A DNA stretch of 63,909 nucleotides, counting the filler, from Octopus bimaculoides (Eukaryota), in NCBI RefSeq assembly GCF_001194135.2. It is 4 parts of 4 records of this genome, joined end to end, with 100 filler letters (N's around TTAATTAATTAA, not from the genome) between each part and the next. Parts side by side here need not be neighbours in the genome. Positions count along the whole stretch, not along the records: positions 1 to 30,528 come from NC_068988.1; positions 30,629 to 35,873 come from NC_068982.1; positions 35,974 to 60,346 come from NC_069005.1; 1 more part is not named here. The stretch is one strand, 5' to 3'. The notes under the pieces were generated by a model. It was not told where the DNA came from and did no database searches. It was given only the letters and a program-made list of their open reading frames with translations. Below are positions 28,063-54,727 of the stretch, piece after piece. Position numbers and translations under genes: made by a program. The stretch's first letter is position 1, and every line of letters starts with the position of its first letter.

Positions 28063-29034
28063 CTGTATATTTATATTTATAACTATATATTTTATATAGA
28101 CAGACATATATATAAAATCAAAGAGCATAGGCTAGGCAAGGAAGGATAATACTAACTGTATAGGATGGAGACAAAGAAGATAATTGGTTTTCTCTAGGGC
28201 TAACAGTTTTTAAAAGAAGTTAGTATAAATTTGGCATTATGTTTTGGTATCAATTCCTGAACACGCAATGGTCATGATGAGAAGAAATATATGAAGAGAG
28301 GTCATACATTTTTAATATTTCTTTCTGAACTGAAACGTTGTCTGAAGTCTTCAATATTCCTTAAACTTGCCAAGTATCGTCAATACATCTCTAGTGAAAC
28401 GAAATTATATATAACTTACGGTATACTTATGGTTCTGACACTGACTTAATTGTTTCTGCACAAAAGTTCTTTCGGTGTACATACATAAAATAGATTTGTT
28501 GTAAGTAACAGAATGTACATCTATAAAATAGTGTAATTAAACACCATATACATAACCTCTAATGTTTTATTTTCTTTATATATGTTTTACTCACGGAAGG
28601 GCAGTACTTTAAACTTTAATCGAAGAATATGACCTCTAATACTTATTATTCAATTTGATATCTAGCGCAGTGTGAAGACAGACATGTCAAAGAAAGGCCC
28701 AACGTTTATTCTGCATGTCGTAAAACATCGCTAAAATAGGTTGACGTAGGATATGCACCCCCACTTCATAAAGCAATCACCAGCAAAGACTATTCAAAAC
28801 TGACCCACGAGTGGGAAAGATATCACCTATATATATATATATATATATATATACTCATAAAATACAGGGATTAGCATGAGTTGCTTCTCCAAAATACTGA
28901 GAATTTAGAAATAGCAGTCAAAGAACTACTGATTCTAAACTACAATTTTTTTCTCTAACGGATGGCGATATTTTTTATGGCACACACAGAACAAAAACAA
29001 AAGGGAAAAGCAAAAACAAAACTGCCTTTAGTTA

Positions 29035-29096
29035 ATTGGATACGACGTTTCACGGTTAAGAGTATGAAGTTACTCTATTCCGCTCTTCAGCCCAAT
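29035..29096 (-). ncRNA. Minimal type I hammerhead ribozyme (left-arm copy)
   Basis: The + strand attggatacgacgtttcacggttaagagtatgaagttactctattccgctcttcagcccaat is the reverse complement of the same fold, with core and stems intact. Confidence 0.8.
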
Positions 29097-30210
29097 ATTC
29101 TGATAAATTTGAAAGTGTCTCTAAATAACTCACGGTAATTTTGGCCATGCGACACCAAAAACCAACGTATGGAAGGCACTTAGGAATTTATCGGCTAGTG
29201 AGTTCAAACACTTCACCCCAAAAAATCTATTCCATGTGCGCCACAAATAGTCCCGTATAAAAAAGTCCCGTATAAAGGATTACGGTTTAACCATCTAATT
29301 AGAGGCACCAATATAAAATATACAGATATAGGGCAGGGAATCGTCAATTAGTAATAAAATTAATAATTAACAATTTAGCCAAGTAGTTCAGTATGAGAAA
29401 AACCTTTATCGGTAAAACCATTTATAATCATAAAATACAGGGATTAGCATGAGTTGCTTCTCCAACATACTGAGAATTTAGAAATAGCAGTCAAAGAACT
29501 ACTGATTCTAAACTACAAATTTTTTCTCTAACGGATGGCGATATATTATGGCACACACAGAACAAAAACAAAAGGGAAAAGCAAAAACAAACCTGCCTTT
29601 AGTTAATTGGATACGACGTTTCACGGTTAAGAGTATGAAGTTACTCTAAGAGCGGAATAGTGTTACTTCATACTCTTAAACGTGAAACGTCGTATCCAAT
29701 TAACTAAAGTCAGATTTGTTTTTGCTTTTCCCTTTTGTTTTTGTTCTGTGTGTGCCATAATATATCGCCATCCGTTAGAGAAACAATTTGTAGTTTAGAC
29801 TCAGTAGTTCTTTGACTGCTATTTCTAAATTTTCAGTATGTTGGAGAAGCAAATCATGCTAATCCTTGTATTTTATGATTACAAATGGTCTTACCGATAA
29901 ATGTTTTATCATACTGAACTACTTGGCTAAATTGTTAATTATTAATTTTATTACTAATTGACGATTCCCTGCCCTATATCTGTATATTTTATATTGGTGC
30001 CTCTAATTAGATGGTTAAACCGTAATCCTTTATACGGGACTTGTTTTTATACGGGACTATTTGTGGTGCACATGGAATAGATTCTTTGGGGTGAAGTGTT
30101 TGAACTCACTAGCCGATAAATTCCTAAGTGCCTTTCCTACGTTGGTTTTTGGTGTCGCATGGCCAAAATTACCGTTGAGATTTTAGAGACACTTTCAAAT
30201 TTATCAGAAT

Positions 30211-30272
30211 ATTGGGCTGAAGAGCGGAATAGAGTAACATCATACTCTTAACCGTGAAACGTCGTATCCAAT
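30211..30272 (+). ncRNA. Minimal type I hammerhead ribozyme
   Basis: Stem I ATTGGG (30211-16) pairs with TCCAAT (30267-72). Core CTGAAGA at 30217-23. Stem II GCGG/CCGT is extended by the AGAGTA/TACTCT hairpin. GAAA at 30256-59, then minimal stem III AC-gtc-GT. The cleavage triplet GUA predicts a cut after 30266. Folded by eye. Confidence 0.8.
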
Positions 30273-30628
30273 TAACTAAAGGCAGGTTTGTTTTTGCTTT
30301 TCCCTTTTGTTTTTCTTCTGTGTGTGCCATAAAATATCGCCATCCGTTAGAGAAAAAAATTGTAGTTTAGAATCAGTAGTTCTTTGACTGCTATTTCTAA
30401 ATTCTCAGTATTTTGGAGAAGCAACTCATGCTAATCCCTGTATTTTATGATTATAAATGGTTTTACCGATAAAGGTTTTTTCATACTGAACTACTTGGGT
30501 AAATTGTTAATTATTAATTTTATTACTANNNNNNNNNNNNNNNNNNNNNNNNNNNNNNNNNNNNNNNNNNNNTTAATTAATTAANNNNNNNNNNNNNNNN
30601 NNNNNNNNNNNNNNNNNNNNNNNNNNNN

Positions 30629-30939
30629 ATGGTGTCCTTCTCGAAGTGTTTAAACTTCTTGTCCTTAGGACAGTATGTTTTGAATGTTACTGACCTCGTT
30701 TCGCTATCAATTATAGCGGCGGAGGGTGATATTCTTACATCACCACCCTCCTGTTTCATCCTTCTAAAAAGTTGTTCTATTTTTTCCATATTTATTTCAA
30801 TGTTTTCGGTTGTCACTTCGGCAACCGCTGCAAACTTTTTTGTCATGTTATTTTCCCCTTTCTGCCTCTCAATGTGTTGCTGTTTTCCGTTAACAATTTC
30901 AACAGGCATTTTCCCTTTACAAATGGGAGACCTATACAA
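30629..30939 (-). mobile_element. Unclassified retroelement-like ORF fragment
   Basis: Open reading of about 100 codons (..MEKIEQLFRRMK..FKTYCPKDKKFKHFEKDT), cut by the join and starting next to (TAA)n. It only weakly resembles Penelope-like ORF N-termini. Confidence 0.3.
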
Positions 30940-33462
30940 TATTATTATTATTATTAAATTTTAAACGAATTGTTCTCCTCTACGCAAGGACACAGAAGGT
31001 TCAAATCCCGCCCCCGCTGGGGGGAGGAACACAAAGAATAGTCTAAAACGACTATTAACAGTTTGTACAAAAATTTTCACAGCTATAAGAGATGCCTCAG
31101 TGGCCAAAAAATGTAACACTTCAATAATTACTCCCCGATAAACCGGGAAGTACAAAGTCCAACGAATTTTCCAGCACTTTCCAACAGATAATTCAACCGC
31201 AAATTCAACAAGTACAGCAACAGCAAGGCAATAATGACAGCAAGGAAATCTTACCGGGTAACAAACAGAATACGTCCACACTCGACCTTACCGGAAGTGA
31301 TGCTCTCCTGTCAGGGAAGCAAGCTTCTTACAACACAACCACGCCTGTTTGTGCATTGTCTTTGTGTTTATATATGTATATGTGCGTGTGTATGTGTGTG
31401 TGTGTGTATATATGTGTATATATGCATACACACGCACATATATACTTATATCTATAAATACACACACAAGCCACACAACACACACGCACGCACGCACACA
31501 CACACACACNNNNNNNNNNNNNNNNNNNNNNNNNNNNNNNNNNNNNNNNNNNNNNNNNNNNNNNNNNNNNNNNNNNNNNNNNNNNNNNNNNNNNNNNNNN
31601 NNNNNNNNNNNNNNNNNNNNNNNNNNNNNNNNNNNNNNNNNNNNNNNNNNNNNNNNNNNNNNNNNNNNNNNNNNNNNNNNNNNNNNNNNNNNNNNNNNNN
31701 NNNNNNNNNNNNNNNNNNNNNNNNNNNNNNNNNNNNNNNNNNNNNNNNNNNNNNNNNNNNNNNNNNNNNNNNNNNNNNNNNNNNNNNNNNNNNNNNNNNN
31801 NNNNNNNNNNNNNNNNNNNNNNNNNNNNNNNNNNNNNNNNNNNNNNNNNNNNNNNNNNNNNNNNNNNNNNNNNNNNNNNNNNNNNNNNNNNNNNNNNNNN
31901 NNNNNNNNNNNNNNNNNNNNNNNNNNNNNNNNNNNNNNNNNNNNNNNNNNNNNNNNNNNNNNNNNNNNNNNNNNNNNNNNNNNNNNNNNNNNNNNNNNNN
32001 NNNNNNNNNNNNNNNNNNNNNNNNNNNNNNNNNNNNNNNNNNNNNNNNNNNNNNNNNNNNNNNNNNNNNNNNNNNNNNNNNNNNNNNNNNNNNNNNNNNN
32101 NNNNNNNNNNNNNNNNNNNNNNNNNNNNNNNNNNNNNNNNNNNNNNNNNNNNNNNNNNNNNNNNNNNNNNNNNNNTCTCTCTCCCTTGTGTGAAACTTCC
32201 TATCTCGGACATATGAGCATGCGCACAACAGCCAAACACCGCGTCTCTGGGATTGTGAAGCGCACAGTTCTATACATGGCATTAAGCTTAAGGGTTATAT
32301 AGTGTACAAGTATAAAGAAACAATTGAAGAAAAAAAGAACTCATTTTATTGAATGTTATCGATAATATTGAGTGGAAATAGGTGGTGCTGCAGTTCCGCA
32401 GTTTCTATACACGAGCCACAACTGCTTTCGAGAGAATGTAATATATAATTCTTTTTGGAATAGTGGATCTCGAAGCACACATAAAGCTATAAATAATAGC
32501 TTGCATATAGGTTAAATCCCTTTTGGTCGAAAGCTGTTGATGAGACTTGAGCCCACAACTCCTGTAGACATGACATGCAGTCTTCGACTTTTTTTATCTG
32601 AAAAGATTTTCCAATCTATTATTTATACACTATCATTTATAGCTTTATGTTACTTCTAGATTCACTCCAAAGAAAGAATGTATGAGCATATGTATGTTAG
32701 TTCATAAAACTACTGAATCTCAAAACAAACAAGTATAAAAAACAGGGTCTTTTAACTATAAAGTTTGGGTGGAAAATATTAGTTCTTGGTGAAAACACAT
32801 TGTGTTATATAAAGAAGATAAATATTCAAGAAAAATAAAAGACAATAGCTTTGATATAGATGTCGAGGTACAAACGAAACACAAGCCGTAAAGTACGTAT
32901 AAAATTCAAAAGAATTCAAAGATACCTCCCGATCCATATGATCATAAAGTCGGTCTCTGGGACTTTGTGCCGTACTCATTATTGCCAGCTGCGTGGACGG
33001 GAGCAACGTGAAATGTAAAGTTTTGATCAAGAGTACAACGCCTCGCTCGGTTCAGGAATCGAAACTACAATCTTACGGTCATAAGTGCAACACTTCTAAC
33101 CACTATGGAACGTACCTCCACACGTAAAATAACAGGTATGTGAGAGTCAAGAGGAACGAGAATTATAGGATATCAGTTATGAAAACTAGCCAAATGATGA
33201 TGTTATGATGGAATTATGAAGATAAGAAAATCATCAATTCCAAAGAGATTTGATTAAAAGAAATTATAGAACTAAAGTATTCATGTAATATCTACGATGT
33301 ATAACGATAAACACACACATACACAGCTTTGTGTATATATATATATATATATATATGTGTGTATGTGTGTGTGTCTGTGTATGTGTGCGTGCATGTATAT
33401 ATGTATAGATACATGTACAGCGTGACCGCAACCGCATGGCTCGAACGAGTAAAAGAATTTAT

Positions 33463-33513
<51 letters not shown>

Positions 33514-35151
33514 GCGAGAAACAGAGAGAGGGAATGTAGTAGAGGAGATAAGCACAGGTTGATATAACTATCTTTACATGGAGCACAAAAATATAGAATA
33601 AAATGTGAAGAAAATATTTAATTTCTTAATTCGACAGCTGTTTCAGGCAACCCAGAGTTACGTAATAATCATAATGGTCACAATTTACAGATGAAATGTA
33701 CAAAAAGTGTGACTCCTTATCTGATCAATTGACATTCCCAACTGATTTATTATCTGTATAACTTTAACTTGATCAACTGTGACGTTTATTTCGCCAGGCC
33801 TATCTTAACTTTATCTTTTCTCTTCTTCGTCTTTTTTCTTCTATTCTATCCTTCTTCCTTTCTTCTTATGTTTTCCCTTCTTTTCTTCCACACTTCATCT
33901 CGTTTTGCTACTTCCCTCCATTAAACCGTTTATTTTTGCTAACACTACCATATGAATCGCATTGCCAATCTTGTCTTGATGAGGGTTGACCGATTACAAG
34001 GCCGTTTTGGAATTCTGGGCATATTACATTTTGTTTGTTGTTGTTTAGAGAGATTAGAATTAGGTGCAGTTACCACAACATTGTATGTAATCAAAATAAA
34101 GTTTCTAATATACTTTGGTTAACTAATTTATGATATTTATGATTAAAAAACAAATATTTCTGTAGGATATGTTTAATGAAATGTTTGGCTATCAGGATTT
34201 GTAGGGAGGATTATACCACTCCGCATAGGTGTTAATGTGTATTCACGTTGTAATTTACTTATTCAGTGTGGCTGATTCCATTGAGTGTTTCGTTGTAAAT
34301 GTGGGATGTCTCATTAAATTCTGTTGATTACAAGATAGAGTACATAGCCTTAAGGAAAGGTCTTTAATAAAATTATTAATACTTTTAAGGTGGTTAGATG
34401 ATTTATGAATATATTGCACCCTTATTTGTTATTTTGTAGGATGTATATAGAGAATGATCTACATTCACACTATTAAATGAATTTTGACTGCAATTTTTGA
34501 AGAAATTATTAGGGTTCTTACAGAATTTCTTGATAGTCTTGGGCTTGATGTTACGGTCCAATAACAAAAACAACAAATTATTCCTCTATATATTTTCCTT
34601 CAAAAGAGAGGAATTTATATTTACACTATACAATGCGACAACATCGTTAACCGTGGTTGAATCTTTTTCTCCCATACGAACGTAGAAACGTTTTGCTTTT
34701 TGATCCATATTAGAATTATCATAAGAAAGCTCTTAGGGAATGTAAGATAATAATGCTCTTAAGGCAACATTTGTGAAATACTAAGAATGAAATACCAAAG
34801 TTTGTATTTTTGATAAATGTAATAGATTTTGCTTGTATAAGAACTACTATGAGACTAAGTTAAGTTATTGCAATAACTTTTTGTATCAAATTGAAGTTGT
34901 TTTGTATCAAAACTTCATAAAATATATTCTACATCTTTATGTAGAAAGCAAAGTTTCGAGCTTTCAAAGTTTTTAAGTTCCCTTTATATCTGAAATTTAT
35001 AAAAATTATTGTAAACTAAAAATATTCTATAAATTATTCCAAATTAATTTTATAATACCAGTTATACTTAGTTTCACTTAAATTTTATGGAGTTGCTTAT
35101 GTTCTCGACTTTTAGAGTGCTCAGTATCAGCTCACGTATAATAAACACTAC

Positions 35152-35195
<44 letters not shown>

Positions 35196-35574
35196 GTACA
35201 GGCACACGCATGCACACACAGACACACATAGGTATGCAAACACGAACATATACATACATGCATATATATTTTTTCTGCACGTCTTTTATTGGGTATTCCC
35301 TCTTATTCTGTTCACAAAGACACTGTCATAAAGGACAAGATGTTTTCACAATGGCAGCTAAAAATCTGTAGATTTATTTTATACTGTATTATTGTGCGTC
35401 GGTATGCATACATATATATATATATACATACACACACACATATATAAACACACACACACAAACATATATATATGTGTATGTATATATATATACATGTACA
35501 TATATATATGTGTATGTATATATATATATATATACATGTACATATATACATATATGTATATATATATATGTATA

Positions 35575-35873
35575 GGGCAGGTAACATACTGGATCTCTGC
35601 TTCACAAATAATATGGATCTCATCCATAATGTGAAAGTGACACCGACGCTACTCTCGGATCACAACATGGTAGAGCTGACCATGTACGGACCAAAGGAAG
35701 CCATGGACATGCAGCCTACAAGAAACTCTCAGAATCTTTCCAATTTGAACTTCAATAAGGCAAACTGGAAGCAAATTGAGAAAGAGATCCTCAAACAAAA
35801 CTGGCCTAAATGTCTCTCCTCACCGGACATCGACATGAAACTTAAACAATTCATGTCTGTAATGCAAGCCATA
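35575..35873 (+). mobile_element. LINE AP-endonuclease C-terminal fragment (CR1/L2-like)
   Basis: [33 protein letters not shown] contains the LDL..TN and SDH motifs of the EEP endonuclease fold. Truncated by the join. Confidence 0.85.
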
Positions 35874-35973
35874 NNNNNNNNNNNNNNNNNNNNNNNNNNN
35901 NNNNNNNNNNNNNNNNNTTAATTAATTAANNNNNNNNNNNNNNNNNNNNNNNNNNNNNNNNNNNNNNNNNNNN
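35874..35973. other. Assembly join marker 44N-TTAATTAATTAA-44N (also at 30529-30628 and 60347-60446)
   Basis: The identical 100-nt construct occurs three times, and the 12-mer puts stops in all six frames. It is not biological sequence. Confidence 0.95.
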
Positions 35974-36039
<66 letters not shown>

Positions 36040-36174
36040 ATGCTTGTGTGTGCGTGAATATGCTTGTGTGTGCGTGTCGATAACCAGCTAGAGGAGGCAT
36101 GCTCTTGGCGTTAAAAATTGTAGTAAAGCCGGTTCGTACGGAGCAGCTATGCTGAAGTGGCAGCATGCGTGCAT

Positions 36175-36236
<62 letters not shown>

Positions 36237-36843
36237 CTTTTATCTTTTACTTGTTTCAGTCATCTGAATGCGGTCATGCTGGANNNNNNNNNNNNNNNNN
36301 NNNNNNNNNNNNNNNNNNNNNNNNNNNNNNNNNNNNNNNNNNNNNNNNNNNNNNNNNNNNNNNNNNNNNNNNNNNNNNNNNNNNNNNNNNNNNNNNNNNN
36401 NNNNNNNNNNNNNNNNNNNNNNNNNNNNNNNNNNNNNNNNNNNNNNNNNNNNNNNNNNNNNNNNNNNNNNNNNNNNNNNNNNNNNNNNNNNNNNNNNNNN
36501 NNNNNNNNNNNNNNNNNNNNNNNNNNNNNNNNNNNNNNNNNNNNNNNNNNNNNNNNNNNNNNNNNNNNNNNNNNNNNNNNNNNNNNNNNNNNNNNNNNNN
36601 NNNNNNNNNNNNNNNNNNNNNNNNNNNNNNNNNNNNNNNNNNNNNNNNNNNNNNNNNNNNNNNNNNNNNNNNNNNNNNNNNNNNNNNNNNNNNNNNNNNN
36701 NNNNNNNNNNNNNNNNNNNNNNNNNNNNNNNNNNNNNNNNNNNNNNNNNNNNNNNNNNNNNNNNNNNNNNNNNNNNNNNNNNNNNNNNNNNNNNNNNNNN
36801 NNNNNNNNNNNNNNNNNNNNNNNNNNNNNNNNNNNNNNNNNNN

Positions 36844-36876
<33 letters not shown>

Positions 36877-36986
36877 TACACACACACACACACATTATGG
36901 TATTCCACATGAATGCCTTCTACCGCCGCCGCCGCACCGCCACATCTTTGCTGAAACTTAAAATTCTTTTCATTTCTAATTTTTAA

Positions 36987-50708
<13,722 letters not shown>

Positions 50709-50772
50709 GCAGGAATCTTAATAACGACAAAATAATAGCAAACTGAAGGCACCAATGACTTTATGTAATCCC

Positions 50773-50816
50773 ATTAAATCGTTTAACACGATTATTTTCT
50801 TCTTTAACACATTAAA
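50773..50816 (+). terminator. Candidate MMP polyadenylation signals (ATTAAA at 50773 and 50811)
   Basis: Two ATTAAA hexamers 65 and 103 nt after the stop, each followed by T- or GT-rich sequence. No transcript evidence. Confidence 0.3.
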
Positions 50817-50923
50817 GTTTTGTCTCTCTGTTCAGATTGAAATTTCAGCAATCGACTCTCTGACTTAATGCGTAGTGTGTGAGTTTGTGTGTGTGTGTGC
50901 GTGCAGGTGTATGTGCGCATGTG

Positions 50924-50979
<56 letters not shown>

Positions 50980-51000
50980 TACATATATATATATAGAGAG

Positions 51001-51053
<53 letters not shown>

Positions 51054-52916
51054 TGTATATACATATACATGTTATATGTATGTATATACATACATATATA
51101 TATGTATATGTATATACATACATATATATATGTATATATATATACATACATATATATATGTATATATATATNNNNNNNNNNNNNNNNNNNNNNNNNNNNN
51201 NNNNNNNNNNNNNNNNNNNNNNNNNNNNNNNNNNNNNNNNNNNNNNNNNNNNNNNNNNNNNNNNNNNNNNNNNNNNNNNNNNNNNNNNNNNNNNNNNNNN
51301 NNNNNNNNNNNNNNNNNNNNNNNNNNNNNNNNNNNNNNNNNNNNNNNNNNNNNNNNNNNNNNNNNNNNNNNNNNNNNNNNNNNNNNNNNNNNNNNNNNNN
51401 NNNNNNNNNNNNNNNNNNNNNNNNNNNNNNNNNNNNNNNNNNNNNNNNNNNNNNNNNNNNNNNNNNNNNNNNNNNNNNNNNNNNNNNNNNNNNNNNNNNN
51501 NNNNNNNNNNATATATATACAACCGCCATAATTGACTGCTAGCCACTAAAGCTTTTTTTTATTCTCTCTCTGTTTATTTCCTTGTGTTCCTTTCTGATGA
51601 AGAACGTAGGCTCGAAACGTAAAAGACTTTCTCACCTTCTCGAGCGTTAAACTAATATACCTGTTTGTTGTTTATGCACCTGTCTCCGTCTCTTGGTTTT
51701 TTTGTTTTGTTCTGTTTTTTTGTAAATTCCAACTACATATATATATAATTTTATAGAAATTAGGAAACTAACATTTACTTTTGTTTAATTGTAAAAAATT
51801 GTCACCCCCAACTTAAGAAATTTATCACCACTTTTGCCCTAAATCATGCGAAATTCTAGCAGGGTTCATAAAGCCTGCTCAAGTTTTTACTAAACTTGGT
51901 GTGCTGACTATATATATTTATATACATACATATGTATGTGTGCATGTATGTATACACACATATACACATGCACGTATACTTTGTGTGTGTGTATATGCGT
52001 TTGTACCTGTCTGTGTCGTTGAGTGTGTTGGCTGGAGATTGATCTCAAAACATTACTTTAATACACTGCGACAACCTATAGTATTTCAACAAAACAAAAC
52101 ACATCTCGAAAACTTTGGGGTCTTAAAAAATACTTCAAAAGCTACATTTATTATTTCAGCGGTGAGCTGGCAAAAACGTTAGCATGCCAGGAGAAATGCT
52201 TAGCGGTATTTCGTCTGTCTTTACGTTCTGGGTTCAAATTCCGCCGAGGTCGACTTTGCCTTTCATCCTTTAAGGGTCAATAAATTAAGTACCAGTTGCG
52301 CACTGGGATCAATCTAATCGACTAGCCCCCTCCCCCAAAATCTTTTGGCCTTGTGCTTACTCTCTTTTACTTGTTTCAGTCATTTAACTGCGGCCATGCT
52401 GGAGCACCGCCTTCAGTCGAGAAAATCTACCCCAGGACTTATTCTTTGTAAGCTTAGTACTTATTCTACCGGTCTCTTTTTGCCGAACCGCTAGGTTANN
52501 NNNNNNNNNNNNNNNNNNNNNNNNNNNNNNNNNNNNNNNNNNNNNNNNNNNNNNNNNNNNNNNNNNNNNNNNNNNNNNNNNNNNNNNNNNNNNNNNNNNN
52601 NNNNNNNNNNNNNNNNNNNNNNNNNNNNNNNNNNNNNNNNNNNNNNNNNNNNNNNNNNNNNNNNNNNNNNNNNNNNNNNNNNNNNNNNNNNNNNNNNNNN
52701 NNNNNNNNNNNNNNNNNNNNNNNNNNNNNNNNNNNNNNNNNNNNNNNNNNNNNNNNNNNNNNNNNNNNNNNNNNNNNNNNNNNNNNNNNNNNNNNNNNNN
52801 NNNNNNNNNNNNNNNNNNNNNNNNNNNNNGCAGTATGTAGAAAGAGTGAGAGAAAGAGAGGAAGTAAGTGAAAGGTAAAGCGAAAAACAGTCATTGTGTT
52901 GAAGAAAGAGAGAGAG

Positions 52917-52962
<46 letters not shown>

Positions 52963-53485
52963 TGTGTGTGTGTGTGAAGTAACAAAAAGGAGTGTGTAGT
53001 AGTAATACCACATGACAGCATTGAGTAAGAGAGATTAAGAAAATATCAAAATGGTAACATAGTTTCCAAAACGGCGTTCGAGAGACAAAGAGGAAAATAC
53101 ACAATAAGCAAAATCTATGGCGTTTGAGAGTGAAAGCAGAAGAGACTAAAGCAAGAGAAATCTTTCATAATTACACGATAAATAAGACCGGACAGACGGA
53201 GAAGAAATTCAACGCCATGAAATCCTATTCTATAGCACGAGTAACGCTTACTAGGAAAATGGCCGCAGCTGGTTGGTGGAATTAACATGAAATTCTTGTT
53301 AGTTTGTTATTATTGTTGTTGTATATTCTTTTTTTTTTCGTGATATAAATAAAGCACTCTAAGGCCGAAATATCAGCTTATATCATTTAGCTGCAAGAAT
53401 TCATATAATTTGTAAAAGGAACTGTCTTTGGCTTTGTTGTTGCTATTTTATGTGTGTGTGCGTGTAAAAGTGTGTATGTGTGTGT

Positions 53486-53573
<88 letters not shown>

Positions 53574-53584
53574 ATATAGATATA

Positions 53585-53960
53585 CTGACCTGATATATAG
53601 TCTGATTACCAAACTAACAATTTTCCCCAAGGGACTCAGTGACCGAGACTGTTGTCTCTGTAGCTCCACCCTCGGAGGAATGTGCTTACGCTCTCCCCAT
53701 GACTAACCTGAGGAGGTCAAATACAAACTTTATGAAGACTTGAAAGCCGCCAGAGTTTGTGCAGACTACCAGACATGGGAGGGAATCATTGGGAGAAGCG
53801 GAGCTGACAAGACCAGCTCCTATGGTTATCTGCCGCTGATGACGTGCGCAGCGCATGACCTGCTAATCACCATTACAGTGGTCGTCTGCCCAACCGCAAA
53901 AAAGACGTCCTGGATTCATCCGCGTAGCAAACAATGGCATCTAATTGACTACATCTAATT
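53585..53960 (+). mobile_element. RTE (BovB-like) LINE endonuclease fragment
   Basis: AYAPPMT..EEVKYKLYEDL..WEGIIGRSG..HDLLIT..KKTSWIHPRSKQWHLIDYI matches the characteristic RTE AP-endonuclease motif KTSW.HPRSK.WHLIDY. Confidence 0.88.
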
Positions 53961-54037
53961 GAGAGAAAGGCAGATAGACAGAGACGAAGAGAGAGAGGGG
54001 GGTTGATGGAGATGATGGCAATGGTTTAGAAACTGAA

Positions 54038-54727
54038 CCTCAGATCATTGAGTGAATCCTCAGATCATTGAGTGAATCCTCAGATCATTGAGTGAATCCT
54101 CAAATCATTGAGTGAATCCTCAAATCATTGAGTGAATCCTCAAATCATTGAGTGAATCCTCAGATCATTGAGTGAATCCTCAAATCATTGAGTGAATCCT
54201 CAGATCATTGAGTGAATCCTCAAATCATTGAGTGAATCCTCAAATCATTGAGTGAATCCTCANNNNNNNNNNNNNNNNNNNNNNNNNNNNNNNNNNNNNN
54301 NNNNNNNNNNNNNNNNNNNNNNNNNNNNNNNNNNNNNNNNNNNNNNNNNNNNNNNNNNNNNNNNNNNNNNNNNNNNNNNNNNNNNNNNNNNNNNNNNNNN
54401 NNNNNNNNNNNNNNNNNNNNNNNNNNNNNNNNNNNNNNNNNNNNNNNNNNNNNNNNNNNNNNNNNNNNNNNNNNNNNNNNNNNNNNNNNNNNNNNNNNNN
54501 NNNNNNNNNNNNNNNNNNNNNNNNNNNNNNNNNNNNNNNNNNNNNNNGATCATTGAGTGAATCCTCAGATCATTGAGTGAATCCTCAAATCATTGAGTGA
54601 ATCCTCAAATCATTGAGTGAATCCTCAAATCATTGAGTGAATCCTCAAATCATTGCGTGAATCCTCAGATCATTGAGTGAATCCTCAAATCATTGAGTGA
54701 ATCCTCAGATCATTGAGTGAATCCTCA
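54038..54727. repeat. 20-bp minisatellite CCTCA(G/A)ATCATTGAGTGAAT
   Basis: 11 units are visible before and 9 after the gap at 54263-54547. Units are head-to-tail with no spacers. Confidence 0.97.

Larger units (their letters stand above)
28856..30528. repeat. Palindromic array of a ~573-bp unit (about 1.4 units, then about 1.5 inverted units), Penelope pLTR/retrozyme-like
   Basis: cataaaatacagggattagc starts at both 28856 and 29429 (period 573). From 29649 the sequence is the reverse complement, with agagcggaat at 29649 and 30221. The left end abuts (AT)n and the right end runs into an assembly join. Confidence 0.92.

Noticed and set aside
30573-30584. TTAATTAATTAA motif (also at 35918 and 60391) as a biological site
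   Set aside because: It is always centred in exactly 44 N + 44 N, so it is an artificial scaffold spacer.
54038-54727. CRISPR-like appearance of the 20-bp repeat with an internal palindrome
   Set aside because: Units are contiguous with no unique spacers, there are no cas genes, and the context is eukaryotic. It is a minisatellite.
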